DNA from: an uncultured Candidatus Saccharibacteria bacterium | GTDB lineage: Bacteria; Patescibacteriota; UBA1384; DTJR01 | DNA length: 64,000 bases | Direction: 5' to 3' | Assembly: GCA_964487045.1 (NCBI GenBank) | Contig: CAZAOT010000001.1 | Span: forward strand, 4,875-68,874 | Shown: piece by piece, positions 10,873-20,164 of the stretch | Numbering within the stretch: the first letter of the stretch is position 1 | Layout: every line of letters starts with the position of its first letter | Program-made: the position numbers and the translations under genes | Notes under the pieces: model-generated | The model's database searches: none | The model's input: only the letters and a program-made list of their open reading frames with translations | What the model was told of the DNA's origin: nothing

Positions 10873-11496
10873 ATGTGTGCATTTAAAACAGATCAAGAGA
10901 ATTTCCGGGCTAGCGACTTTGGGGATGAATATATCAATCGTAATTGCGGCGAGGATTTTATTGCCAATCAGGTGAACTATTTTTCTAAAATTTTTGAATA
11001 TACTAGCTCAGTAAAATCAGTCCTCGAATTTGGCGCTAATATCGGGGAAAACCTTAAGGCCATCAAAGTGTTGAAGCCTAAAGCGGAATTATCGGCAATC
11101 GAGATAAATGCCAGAGCCGCCAAAGAAATGAAGAAATGGTCCAAGAACTCAATTAAGGTCTATGAGCAGTCAATTTTTGATTTTAAGGTAGATAAAAAGA
11201 GAGACTTTGTCTTTACAAAGGGTGTTCTTATTCATTTGAACCCGGAAAAGCTGAATCTTACTTATGAGCTTCTCTACAAATCAAGTAAGAAATATATCTG
11301 TATTGGTGAGTATTACAACCCTTTTCCTACCCAGGTTGAATATAGGGGAAATTCTGACAGATTATTCAAGCGCGATTTCGCCGGTGAGATGATGAAGAAA
11401 TATAAGGATCTTAAGCTAGTTGCTTATGGTTTTTGTTATCACAAGGACAATAACTTTCCTCAAGATGATATAACTTGGTTTCTTCTTGAAAAATAA
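10873..11496 (+). CDS. class I SAM-dependent methyltransferase (pse-cluster-associated methylase type)
   Basis: 207 aa. Motif I VLEFGANIGENL. RBS GAGGAG lies 7 nt upstream of the ATG. Confidence 0.75.
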   Translation: MCAFKTDQENFRASDFGDEYINRNCGEDFIANQVNYFSKIFEYTSSVKSVLEFGANIGENLKAIKVLKPKAELSAIEINARAAKEMKKWSKNSIKVYEQSIFDFKVDKKRDFVFTKGVLIHLNPEKLNLTYELLYKSSKKYICIGEYYNPFPTQVEYRGNSDRLFKRDFAGEMMKKYKDLKLVAYGFCYHKDNNFPQDDITWFLLEK

Positions 11497-11499
11497 AAA

Positions 11500-12111
11500 A
11501 TGCTAGTAGTTATCAATCTAAAAATATCCAATTTGAGTTCAGTGCTAAACGCGCTTGATTTCCTTGCTATCAAATATAAGGTTTCAGATAAGGCGGAGGA
11601 TATCAAAGGGGCGAGCGGTTTGATTCTTCCGGGCGTCGGAACTTTTGAAGCGGGTATGGGTTCGCTTGAAAAAAGTGGCCTTCTGGAAGTGCTAAAGCAA
11701 GAGGTTGTAAAAAACAAGAAACCGATACTCGGAATCTGTCTTGGGATGCAGATGTTTTTTGAAGATAGCGAGGAGTCGCCAGGGGCAAAAGGGCTTTCAT
11801 TCTTCAAGGGATCTGTGAGGAAGCTTCCCAAAAACAAGGATTATACGATACCGCGAATTGGTTGGGGCGAGAGCTATGTAAAAAAAGAAATGCTTGGCCT
11901 GAATGTCGGACAAACGAAAGACTTTTATTATATTCACTCTTTCGCAGCTAACCCACTGGACAACGGTATTATTGCAATTACTACTGAGAAAACTGGTGTA
12001 TGCGGAGCGGTGTGTGAGGGAAATATCTTTGGCTGCCAATTTCATCCAGAGAAGAGTCATACTGCCGGACTCAATATACTAAAAGAGTTCGCTAATAAAT
12101 ATTCATCATGA
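11500..12111 (+). CDS. HisH-like glutamine amidotransferase subunit (WbuY type)
   Basis: 203 aa. Class I GATase with GICLGMQ (Cys nucleophile) and FHPE. Paired with a HisF-like gene and a sugar amidotransferase. Confidence 0.85.
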   Translation: MLVVINLKISNLSSVLNALDFLAIKYKVSDKAEDIKGASGLILPGVGTFEAGMGSLEKSGLLEVLKQEVVKNKKPILGICLGMQMFFEDSEESPGAKGLSFFKGSVRKLPKNKDYTIPRIGWGESYVKKEMLGLNVGQTKDFYYIHSFAANPLDNGIIAITTEKTGVCGAVCEGNIFGCQFHPEKSHTAGLNILKEFANKYSS

Positions 12112-12896
12112 AAAAACGACTAATCCCATGTATTTTTTTGAAAAACGGACTGATTATTAGAAGTGAACAATTCAAAACACATCAAATTATTGGTAATCCT
12201 CTTGACGAACTAAGTCGCTACAGCGACTGGGCGGTTGATGAGATTGTTTATATTGATATCTCGGCTGAGCAGGAATATGACATGCGTCGCGACGATCATA
12301 AGGTTAAAGACGATATAAAAAACAAGTTTGATCTGGTCAAGAAAGTCGCCCAGCACTGCTTTGTTCCGCTTGGCTTTGGTGGTGGGATTAGAACAATCGA
12401 TGAGATAAGGCAGATTCTAAATAACGGTGCCGACAAGGTCGTTTTAAATACCGTTTTATTCGAAGATGAAACGATACTACCGGAGTCTATAAAAATCTTC
12501 GGTTCGCAGGCGATCGTTGCTTGTGTCGATTATCGTGGTGATAAAGTTTATCACTCTTCTGGCAAGATTGACTCGGGGAAAAAAGTAATAGATTGGTGCA
12601 AATATTTAGACAAAAATGGAATTGGCGAAATAATATTAAACTCTATTGACCGAGATGGCATGGCCAATGGATATGACATCGATATGATTAAAGAAGTCGT
12701 TTCTGAAACATCTGTACCTGTTGTCGCGCTAGGTGGAGTCGGTGATTATTTCGATTTTGAAGAGTGCTTTAAGGAAGCGAATCCGTCAGCTTGCGCCGCT
12801 GGCAATATTTTTCATTTTAAAGAACATAGTTATTATTACGCCAAAAAAACGCTTTCTGAAGCTGGAATTGATGTACGAAGAGAGTGGGAAGCTTAA
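12108..12896 (+). CDS. HisF-like cyclase/ammonia-channel subunit (WbuZ type)
   Basis: 262 aa HisA/HisF (beta/alpha)8 family (GGGIRT, GADKV, GGVG). ATGA overlap with the HisH-like gene. Confidence 0.85.
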   Translation: MKKRLIPCIFLKNGLIIRSEQFKTHQIIGNPLDELSRYSDWAVDEIVYIDISAEQEYDMRRDDHKVKDDIKNKFDLVKKVAQHCFVPLGFGGGIRTIDEIRQILNNGADKVVLNTVLFEDETILPESIKIFGSQAIVACVDYRGDKVYHSSGKIDSGKKVIDWCKYLDKNGIGEIILNSIDRDGMANGYDIDMIKEVVSETSVPVVALGGVGDYFDFEECFKEANPSACAAGNIFHFKEHSYYYAKKTLSEAGIDVRREWEA

Positions 12897-12912
12897 TTAA
12901 ATTCGGAGGAAG

Positions 12913-14049
12913 ATGAAGTTAGGAAAAGTAAAATACTGCAAAAAATGTGTCATGCCAAGCTCTTCCGCAATCCCGGTTGAGTTTAACGATGAAGGGATTT
13001 GCTCGGGATGCCTCGTATCCAAGCAAAAAGAAGAGATCGACTGGAAGAGGAGGGATAAACAGCTAAGGTCACTCCTCGAACAATATCGAAGCAAGGATAA
13101 GTCCAATTATGACTGCATTATTCCAGTAAGTGGTGGAAAGGATAGTTTTTTTCAGGTTCATATGATTAAGAATGTATATGGCATGAACCCCCTTCTCGTT
13201 ACTTACAATGGAAACAACTGGACTGAAACTGGTTACGAAAATCTTCACCGGATGAGAGAGGTTTTTTCTTGTGATCATATTTTCTTTACTCCTAGTATCG
13301 AAGTTCTAAAGAAGCTAAACAGAATTTGCTTCAAGAAGATGGGGGATATGAATTGGCACGCTCATTGCGGTATTTTTACTTACCCATTTATCATTGCGAC
13401 TAAATTCAATATTCCTTTGGTTTTCTATGGAGAGCATGGTTTTATGGATATCGGCGGAATGCATTCTTACAACGACTATATTGAATTTACTAACAGATTC
13501 CGTCATGAGCACGCTTTGAGGGGTTACGAATGGACTGATATGATGGGTGACAAGAAGGATCCTCTTGAGGAGAATGAACTACTTTGGGCCAAATATCCCT
13601 CTGATGAAGAGATCAAGCGAGTTGGTGTGAGAGGGATCTATTTATCTAACTATGTTGGTTGGTATCCTAATAAGCACGCCAAGATGGTCATCGAGAAATA
13701 TGGTTTCAAGGTTCCTAAAAAACCATTCGATCGAACTTATAGGACGATGTCCAACCTTGATGATATGCACGAAAATGGCATCCATGATTATCTCAAATAT
13801 ATTAAATTTGGTTATGGCCGATGCACCGACCATGTTTGCAAGGATATCAGGGATAAAAAAATGACTCGAGAAGAAGGTATCAAGCTGGTTAAGAAGTATG
13901 ACTCTGTCAAGCCAAGTGACCTTAAAAGGTGGCTTGAGTATGTTGGGATGACTGAAAAACAATTTGATAAGATTGCAGATAGCTTCCGCGATCCGAGAGT
14001 TTGGAAAAAGCAAAAAGGTGAGTGGGTTAAAGATAATATCTGGGATTAA
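12913..14049 (+). CDS. N-acetyl sugar amidotransferase (PseA/LfnA/WbuX family, PP-loop)
   Basis: 378 aa. N-terminal zinc ribbon (YCKKC...CSGC) and PP-loop SGGKDS. Partners with HisH/HisF-like genes in acetamidino-sugar clusters. Confidence 0.85.
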   Translation: MKLGKVKYCKKCVMPSSSAIPVEFNDEGICSGCLVSKQKEEIDWKRRDKQLRSLLEQYRSKDKSNYDCIIPVSGGKDSFFQVHMIKNVYGMNPLLVTYNGNNWTETGYENLHRMREVFSCDHIFFTPSIEVLKKLNRICFKKMGDMNWHAHCGIFTYPFIIATKFNIPLVFYGEHGFMDIGGMHSYNDYIEFTNRFRHEHALRGYEWTDMMGDKKDPLEENELLWAKYPSDEEIKRVGVRGIYLSNYVGWYPNKHAKMVIEKYGFKVPKKPFDRTYRTMSNLDDMHENGIHDYLKYIKFGYGRCTDHVCKDIRDKKMTREEGIKLVKKYDSVKPSDLKRWLEYVGMTEKQFDKIADSFRDPRVWKKQKGEWVKDNIWD

Positions 14050-14105
14050 TTCTGTTTGTAGGCAATTGTTTTAAATTAGCCTTCTACTGGCTAAATAATT
14101 AGTTT

Positions 14106-15098
14106 ATGAAGATTGTTACCTCTATAAATCGTATAATAAAGAAAGCTCTGTACTGGAGCCCGGCGGCCCGTTTGTTTGCCAAGCGTGCAAAATATGGGAT
14201 TTTTGACTTTGAAGAAAGCTCAAAGGATATTCCGCTAAAATATTTTGAAGGCTATACCCCGTCGCTCGATATTTTTAATGATTTTTATGGTAATGCGCAT
14301 CAATTGAAAAGATTTGCTGGGCTGAGAGAAAATTATAGAATTCCATACCATGTCGAGCATGGAGTTTTTTTGGATAGATCTAGCTATCATGATGAGCTTC
14401 ATGGGCCTTACAAGAGAATATTAGTTGCTTCGGTGCACCGAGAGGAGGTACTTCGTGAAGAATATAATCGCTCGGCCTATCCAATTGGACCAATCATTGT
14501 TTATGCAAAATCTTTCTTATCAAAGGGTGAAACTGATTTGATAAGAAAAAAATCCGGTAAGACCTTGACGGCTATCCCAGTTCATTCAACCAAGACTGTC
14601 GATTATAGCTATGATGTTGATGGATATTGCAAGGACTTAAAGAAAATTGCTAAGGCAAATGATTTTAAGACAGTTAGGATTTGTCTCTTTTATGAAGATA
14701 TTCAAAAGAACTTACATAAAAAATATGAAAAGTATGGTTTCGAAATTGTGTCTGCTGGCCACATGTTTGATCCTTTGTTCTTGCCTCGATTTAGGTCTAT
14801 AATCGAAATCTCTGATGTTACTTGCTCTAATGCTATTGGCACGCACGTAGTTTATAGTGTGTCTCTTGGAATACCGCATTATTTAAAAAAGCAGTCTTTA
14901 GATTATGAGGATAATGGGGGCGAGATTAGTCAGGATGTATGGGAAGCATATTATGGAGAGACTGAATTGGCTAAAGCATTTGAAAAATATAGTGAAAAAA
15001 TTTCCAATCGGCAGCTAAAGCTGTTAGGCTATTACGCTGGGTTGGATAAGATAAAAACTAAATCTCAGCTAAGACAGCTTTTACTAAAAAAGAAATGA
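14106..15098 (+). CDS. hypothetical protein in glycan cluster
   Basis: 330 aa, AT-rich native codon usage. Its stop overlaps the flippase start (ATGA). No family recognised. Confidence 0.65.
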   Translation: MKIVTSINRIIKKALYWSPAARLFAKRAKYGIFDFEESSKDIPLKYFEGYTPSLDIFNDFYGNAHQLKRFAGLRENYRIPYHVEHGVFLDRSSYHDELHGPYKRILVASVHREEVLREEYNRSAYPIGPIIVYAKSFLSKGETDLIRKKSGKTLTAIPVHSTKTVDYSYDVDGYCKDLKKIAKANDFKTVRICLFYEDIQKNLHKKYEKYGFEIVSAGHMFDPLFLPRFRSIIEISDVTCSNAIGTHVVYSVSLGIPHYLKKQSLDYEDNGGEISQDVWEAYYGETELAKAFEKYSEKISNRQLKLLGYYAGLDKIKTKSQLRQLLLKKK

Positions 15099-16384
15099 AA
15101 AAATATTTAATTAATTTAGTGGAAAGAATTCATCTTCTTGTATTTTCTCACCCAATGTCCGATCGGATGAGAGGATTCTTGGTAAATTTATCATGGTCTT
15201 TCTTCGCTGGATTAGGAGTAATGTTTGTTACGATGCTGATTGGGACCTTGGCTGGTAGATTGATGGGCCCTGAGGAATTTGGAAAATTTAATCTTGTTGT
15301 ACTACTAAGCTCTTACGCGATTTTATTCATCTTTTTTGGTTTGGATATCTCAACGGTAAAAACAATCGTAAAATCGAAAAGCGACAAAGATAAAAAAACT
15401 GCTTTTTTTAGTTCGTTTGTTTTTATCTTCACAATGCTGGCGGTTCTAGCGATTATATCAATCGTATTTGGCGGGAAAATCGCCAGCCATTATCATATCG
15501 AAAAAATAATTATTTTATTTGCTGTTTTGTATACTGCGATGACGTCGGTCAAGTCAGTTTTGGATCTATTGGTTCGTGCGCTTGAGAATTTCAAACTTCA
15601 AGCTATTGGGAAAATGGTAGAGGTGGGGGCGATGTTGGTAGGCTTTATTTTTATCTACATCTTCCTTAAAGGAATGGACTATCGCTCTTATATCGCGATG
15701 GTTATCGCCGGGATCTTTTGCGTCTCAGTCTATTATCTCGTTTTCTTGCGAAAATTCTTCTCAGGATTTTCTCTTCCAGTGCTTGGTCGTCAACTTTCTG
15801 AGGGAAAGTTTTTCATGCTTTCCGCTCTTCTGGCAACCTTTTTTATCTCAGCCGATAGGTTATTGATCGCTAAATATATCGATCTTAAGACCTTAGGGAT
15901 TTATAGCGCATATTACTCAGGTTCATTTGCGCTAGTTCGAACTTTTTCTCAGTTATTTACCAATGTTCTTTTACCGGCTAGTGCCAAGGAAAAAGACAAA
16001 GCGTTTACGGTCAAGCTTGATCAACTAATGATTAAAGGTTTTGTACCTTTGTATCTAATTGTTTGCCTTGCCTTGGTTGTAGTTCTTAGTCTGTTTGGCA
16101 AGGAGTATCCGCTCAGATTAGACTATTTGTCTCTATTCGCTTTGGTGTCGACCCTATTCTTTTTCCAGTGCTTATACGACACTATCATCCTTGATTTACA
16201 TAAGAAAAAATATTTTATATATGTCTTGATATCGAACGTGGTTAACTTATTAACAGTGCTGGCTTATTATCTAATTCTAAGAAGTGCGCATAAATCAATT
16301 AGTTTTGTGCTAATAGGCTTTGCTCTTAATTTGATCGTAAGCATCTTAATTCAAAGAGTATTTGTAAAAAGGATGAGAGCTTAA
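15095..16384 (+). CDS. Wzx-like polysaccharide flippase (MOP superfamily)
   Basis: 429 aa, about 12 hydrophobic segments. Located in a glycan cluster. Confidence 0.75.
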   Translation: MKKYLINLVERIHLLVFSHPMSDRMRGFLVNLSWSFFAGLGVMFVTMLIGTLAGRLMGPEEFGKFNLVVLLSSYAILFIFFGLDISTVKTIVKSKSDKDKKTAFFSSFVFIFTMLAVLAIISIVFGGKIASHYHIEKIIILFAVLYTAMTSVKSVLDLLVRALENFKLQAIGKMVEVGAMLVGFIFIYIFLKGMDYRSYIAMVIAGIFCVSVYYLVFLRKFFSGFSLPVLGRQLSEGKFFMLSALLATFFISADRLLIAKYIDLKTLGIYSAYYSGSFALVRTFSQLFTNVLLPASAKEKDKAFTVKLDQLMIKGFVPLYLIVCLALVVVLSLFGKEYPLRLDYLSLFALVSTLFFFQCLYDTIILDLHKKKYFIYVLISNVVNLLTVLAYYLILRSAHKSISFVLIGFALNLIVSILIQRVFVKRMRA

Positions 16385-16385
16385 A

Positions 16386-17381
16386 GTGGCCCTTCAAGCG
16401 AAAAAAATTGGATGTGTGATTCTAAACTGGAATAACTATCCCGATACCTTGGCTTGCCTAGACTCGCTCTTGAAGGCAAAGGGGAATTTTTCTATCTACT
16501 TGGTTGATAATAATTCTTCCGATAGGTCGGTAACTAAGATATTAGAATGGTTCGATAAGAACAAATTAAATTGTAGAGTGCTTGAAGAAAGCGAATTCCT
16601 GTCTTATAAGCCTAAGAGCAAGGACTCTAGATTCTTTTTGATAAAAAATGATGAGAACTATGGTTTTGCTGGAGGAAATAATATTGGGATTAATTTCGCT
16701 CTAAATCAATTGAATGATTACATAATGCTTCTCAATAACGATACTCTCGTGCATCATAACTTTTTAAGTCAGTTGGTCAAAAAGATTTCGTCCAGTGCAA
16801 AAATTGGTTCAGTTCAGTCGCTAATGCTCTCGATTGATGGAAAATCGATAGACTCTACGGGCCAGGAGATGATCGGAGGAAAAATTCAAGACATTGCCCA
16901 CGGAAAGAATTTTGAAAAATCGATCGAAGGCCGAGAGATATTTGGTGCTTGCGCCGGAGCTGCCCTGTTTAGATCGGAAGTATTTAAGAAAATTGGTCTT
17001 TTTGATTCAGCTTTTCATACTTCGCTAGAAGACGTTGATTTATCTTGGAGAGCTCGTTTAGCGGGGTATAAGAGCTATGTTGAGTCAAGTAGCATCGTTT
17101 ACCATAAAGGTGGGGTGTCTAGAAAAAAAGGGATTAGGCTTGATTCGACGTCGAGCTATGTCGGCTCGAGAAACACTTTAATGATTTATTTGAGATATTT
17201 CCCGGTATCAGCAAGATATTTTTTACCGAGCGTCTATCATCTATTGATCTGCTCTAGCTGTGCGCTCAAACAAGGAAAGGTCGAAGATTTATTTTCGCTC
17301 TTAACTCACTCTTTTAGTTTAAGATTAAAAATAAATAAAAATAAAAACCTAAAATCAGTTAGGAAGAAATGGCTAAAGTAG
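16386..17381 (+). CDS. family 2 glycosyltransferase
   Basis: 331 aa with a GTG start. GT-A signatures (VILNWNN..., DNNSSD, NNDT). Confidence 0.8.
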   Translation: MALQAKKIGCVILNWNNYPDTLACLDSLLKAKGNFSIYLVDNNSSDRSVTKILEWFDKNKLNCRVLEESEFLSYKPKSKDSRFFLIKNDENYGFAGGNNIGINFALNQLNDYIMLLNNDTLVHHNFLSQLVKKISSSAKIGSVQSLMLSIDGKSIDSTGQEMIGGKIQDIAHGKNFEKSIEGREIFGACAGAALFRSEVFKKIGLFDSAFHTSLEDVDLSWRARLAGYKSYVESSSIVYHKGGVSRKKGIRLDSTSSYVGSRNTLMIYLRYFPVSARYFLPSVYHLLICSSCALKQGKVEDLFSLLTHSFSLRLKINKNKNLKSVRKKWLK

Positions 17382-18511
17382 AAGAGAAGCAAAGAGAACT
17401 GACCTATCTTGATAAGGTTGATTTTTTTGACAATAATTTTGATTTCTTGCGGTTCTTAGCTGCAACCATGGTTATTGTCGGGCATACCTTTCCTCTATTT
17501 GGTAGCAATTTTGATCCACTGAGCAAAATTACTGAGACCGTGTCGCTTGGACCTCTTGGACTTTTTATATTTTTTATCATAAGCGGCTTTCTTATTACTA
17601 AGAGCTGGCTTGATAAGCCGAACTTTTTTGATTTTTTCAAGAAGAGATTGCTTCGAATAATGCCTGGTCTTATTCTGGCAACCCTTTTTGGCTTCTTGGT
17701 GATTGGTCCACTTGCTACCTCACTAAGTACCAAAGAGTATTTTAAAAACTCGTCGAGCTTCGAATATCTTAAGAATATATTTTTTATGACAAGGGTTGGA
17801 ATACCTAGCGTTTTTGAAAATAACCCTTATTCAGCCGCAATTAATGGATCCCTATGGAGTTTGCCAGTTGAATTTTGGATGTATATTGCTGTGGCAGTGC
17901 TTGGACTTATTGGAATTCTCAAACGAGCTAAGCTTTTTGTTCCTTTTGTAATTCTGGTAATTCTGGCGATGAATTGGCATGTTTTGGTTAGGCCAGAATA
18001 TAAGGGGATGGTGGTGCTCGGAATTTCAGCAGTGCAGTTTTTTCGCCTGGGCCTTTTCTTTGCACTTGGAAGCGCTTTTTATCTATATCGACGTTTGGTA
18101 ATTTTAGATATAAAACTAGTAATCTTTGCCTTAGCAATTCTTGTGCTGACGTTTCACACCACTTTGAGTGATTTAGCGCTAACTTTCATTCTTCCATACG
18201 TAGTTTTGGCATTCGCCTATATTCCGAAAGCAAGATTTCTAAGGAAGTGGGGAAAATTCGGGGATTTCTCTTATGGCATGTATGTTTATGCTTTTCCGGT
18301 TCAACAAACAATTATTCATTTTCTCAAAGATAAAATTAACATGTTCGAATTTTTTTGCTTGGCTTTCATTGTAACTTTGATTCTTTCTTACGGGTCGTGG
18401 CACTTGGTTGAAAAGCAGGCGCTAAAACTTAAAAAGAAACCGATTATTAAGCCAATAGTCGATGGCTTAAGAAAAGCTTTTAGAAAAGTAGTCCCTGGTA
18501 GCTCTCTTTAA
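17369..18511 (+). CDS. acyltransferase 3 family membrane O-acyltransferase
   Basis: 380 aa, about 10 TM segments. N-terminal FLRFLAATMVIVGH motif typical of OafA/WecH-like acyltransferases. Confidence 0.8.
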   Translation: MAKVEEKQRELTYLDKVDFFDNNFDFLRFLAATMVIVGHTFPLFGSNFDPLSKITETVSLGPLGLFIFFIISGFLITKSWLDKPNFFDFFKKRLLRIMPGLILATLFGFLVIGPLATSLSTKEYFKNSSSFEYLKNIFFMTRVGIPSVFENNPYSAAINGSLWSLPVEFWMYIAVAVLGLIGILKRAKLFVPFVILVILAMNWHVLVRPEYKGMVVLGISAVQFFRLGLFFALGSAFYLYRRLVILDIKLVIFALAILVLTFHTTLSDLALTFILPYVVLAFAYIPKARFLRKWGKFGDFSYGMYVYAFPVQQTIIHFLKDKINMFEFFCLAFIVTLILSYGSWHLVEKQALKLKKKPIIKPIVDGLRKAFRKVVPGSSL

Positions 18512-19337
18512 CTTCTCGAGGAAAGAGATTGAGAATCTCGGGGCGATTTTTAATCGTCTTAATACCCCGCATCAACATGTAGTCTTTGAGTGCAGTTGGG
18601 ATCAGATAGAACAATTTTATATATGCTGAGTAGAAGAGGACTTTCTTATTAAGATAATCACTCGGGTGATAATGCTCCGCAAACTTTTGATGAATTTTTC
18701 TTTCATACTCGTTCATTATTTTGGTTTTATTGACCGCTGAGGTCTTTGATAAATGATGATGGCGATAGAAATGCAGTACCTCTACCTTTTTGCCAACATA
18801 GCCGTTTATTGAGGCTCTGACCCAGAATTCTCGATCTTCTAAATATTTAAAATTCTCATCAAATCCATTTAGTTTATCGAAAACGGATTTCCTGACTAGA
18901 GATGTCACCATAAAATATTGATAATACTTGAGCAGCTTGGCATCGTAGGACATGACTTGCCAGAATCCCAGACGACTGCCAAACAAAACTTCATTTGGGA
19001 AACAGAAACTTATGTTCTTATCGTTGTCTAACTCTTTCGCCATTATTGATGCGAAATTTTTCTGAATAAGATCATCGGAGTCTAAAAAAAGCAGATACTC
19101 GCCCAGCGCCTTGCTTGCTCCAAAATTTCTAGCCGAGGCAGAGCCACCGTTTTCCTTATAAAATATTTTTAGTCCCTTGTCTTTTTCTAGACTCTTAAGC
19201 AGCTCCTTAGTTTTTGTATCATTTGATCCGTCATCAACAATGATTATTTCGTGCGAGATCTCTTCATCGATATTCTCAAGAGTCTTTTTAAGAAATTTGT
19301 GTGCATTATACACCGGGATGATGATCGAAACTTTCAT
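18480..19337 (-). CDS. family 2 glycosyltransferase
   Basis: 285 aa. VSIIIPVYNAHKFL, DDGSND and DSDD motifs. Confidence 0.85.
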   Translation of the reverse strand: MKVSIIIPVYNAHKFLKKTLENIDEEISHEIIIVDDGSNDTKTKELLKSLEKDKGLKIFYKENGGSASARNFGASKALGEYLLFLDSDDLIQKNFASIMAKELDNDKNISFCFPNEVLFGSRLGFWQVMSYDAKLLKYYQYFMVTSLVRKSVFDKLNGFDENFKYLEDREFWVRASINGYVGKKVEVLHFYRHHHLSKTSAVNKTKIMNEYERKIHQKFAEHYHPSDYLNKKVLFYSAYIKLFYLIPTALKDYMLMRGIKTIKNRPEILNLFPREVKESYQGLLF

Positions 19338-20164
19338 GAATAAATCTTTCCAGCTATTCTTGGGACGATATAGTTGTAGAATTTTCTAAGAAAGCTAATT
19401 TTTAGCAAGTTATACTGAACGTAATTTTTAAAATACGCTTTTGTAAATCCTGGATAATCTTTTTTATATCTCGATATGATCTGCAAATGCTCTCTCATCG
19501 CGTGAACCTTATTTTGGTTTGAGTAAGAAGTAGGGTGGAAGTGGTATTTTAGGCAGAAATCTCCCAGGTTAGCGAGTTTGGCATGAGTGCCAATGCGAAG
19601 CCAGTATTCGAAATCCTCAGTGCCGTATTTTAAATCTTCCAGATAGTATCCGATTCTATTTACTAAGCTTTTTCTAAACATTACAGAAGGGGCTACGAAC
19701 ATCGAGGCCATTAAAAGTTTTTTTCTGATCTTTTCGTCAGTTGTTGGCGGAATAAGCTCAAAATTTGGTCCATCCTCGTTTATGACTTTGGTCCAAGTTC
19801 CAATTAAGCCAAGATCGGGATCATTGAGTAGGGCTTTGGATTGTTTCTCCAGTTTCTTTTTATCAATAAACAAGTCGTCCTGATCAAGCCTGGCTATGAA
19901 TTGTCCTTTTGCAACCCTAAGACCTTTGTTTTGCGTTTTGGCTATTCCGAGATTTTTTTCGTTGATTACTAACGTGACATTGTTGGGGTTTTTCTTCTGG
20001 ATTTTTTTTGCTAATTGGAGGCTTTTATCCTTAGAGCCGTCATCAATCAAGACTATTTCTACCTGACTGAAAATTGTTTGATTAAGAACACTCGAAACAG
20101 CCCTCTCGAGTGTTTTTTCTCCGTTGTAAACCGGAATGATAACCGATACTAAAGCGTTCTTCAT
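19334..20164 (-). CDS. family 2 glycosyltransferase
   Basis: 276 aa. VSVIIPVYNGEKTL, DDGSKD and DQDD motifs. ATGA overlaps on both sides. Confidence 0.85.
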   Translation of the reverse strand: MKNALVSVIIPVYNGEKTLERAVSSVLNQTIFSQVEIVLIDDGSKDKSLQLAKKIQKKNPNNVTLVINEKNLGIAKTQNKGLRVAKGQFIARLDQDDLFIDKKKLEKQSKALLNDPDLGLIGTWTKVINEDGPNFELIPPTTDEKIRKKLLMASMFVAPSVMFRKSLVNRIGYYLEDLKYGTEDFEYWLRIGTHAKLANLGDFCLKYHFHPTSYSNQNKVHAMREHLQIISRYKKDYPGFTKAYFKNYVQYNLLKISFLRKFYNYIVPRIAGKIYS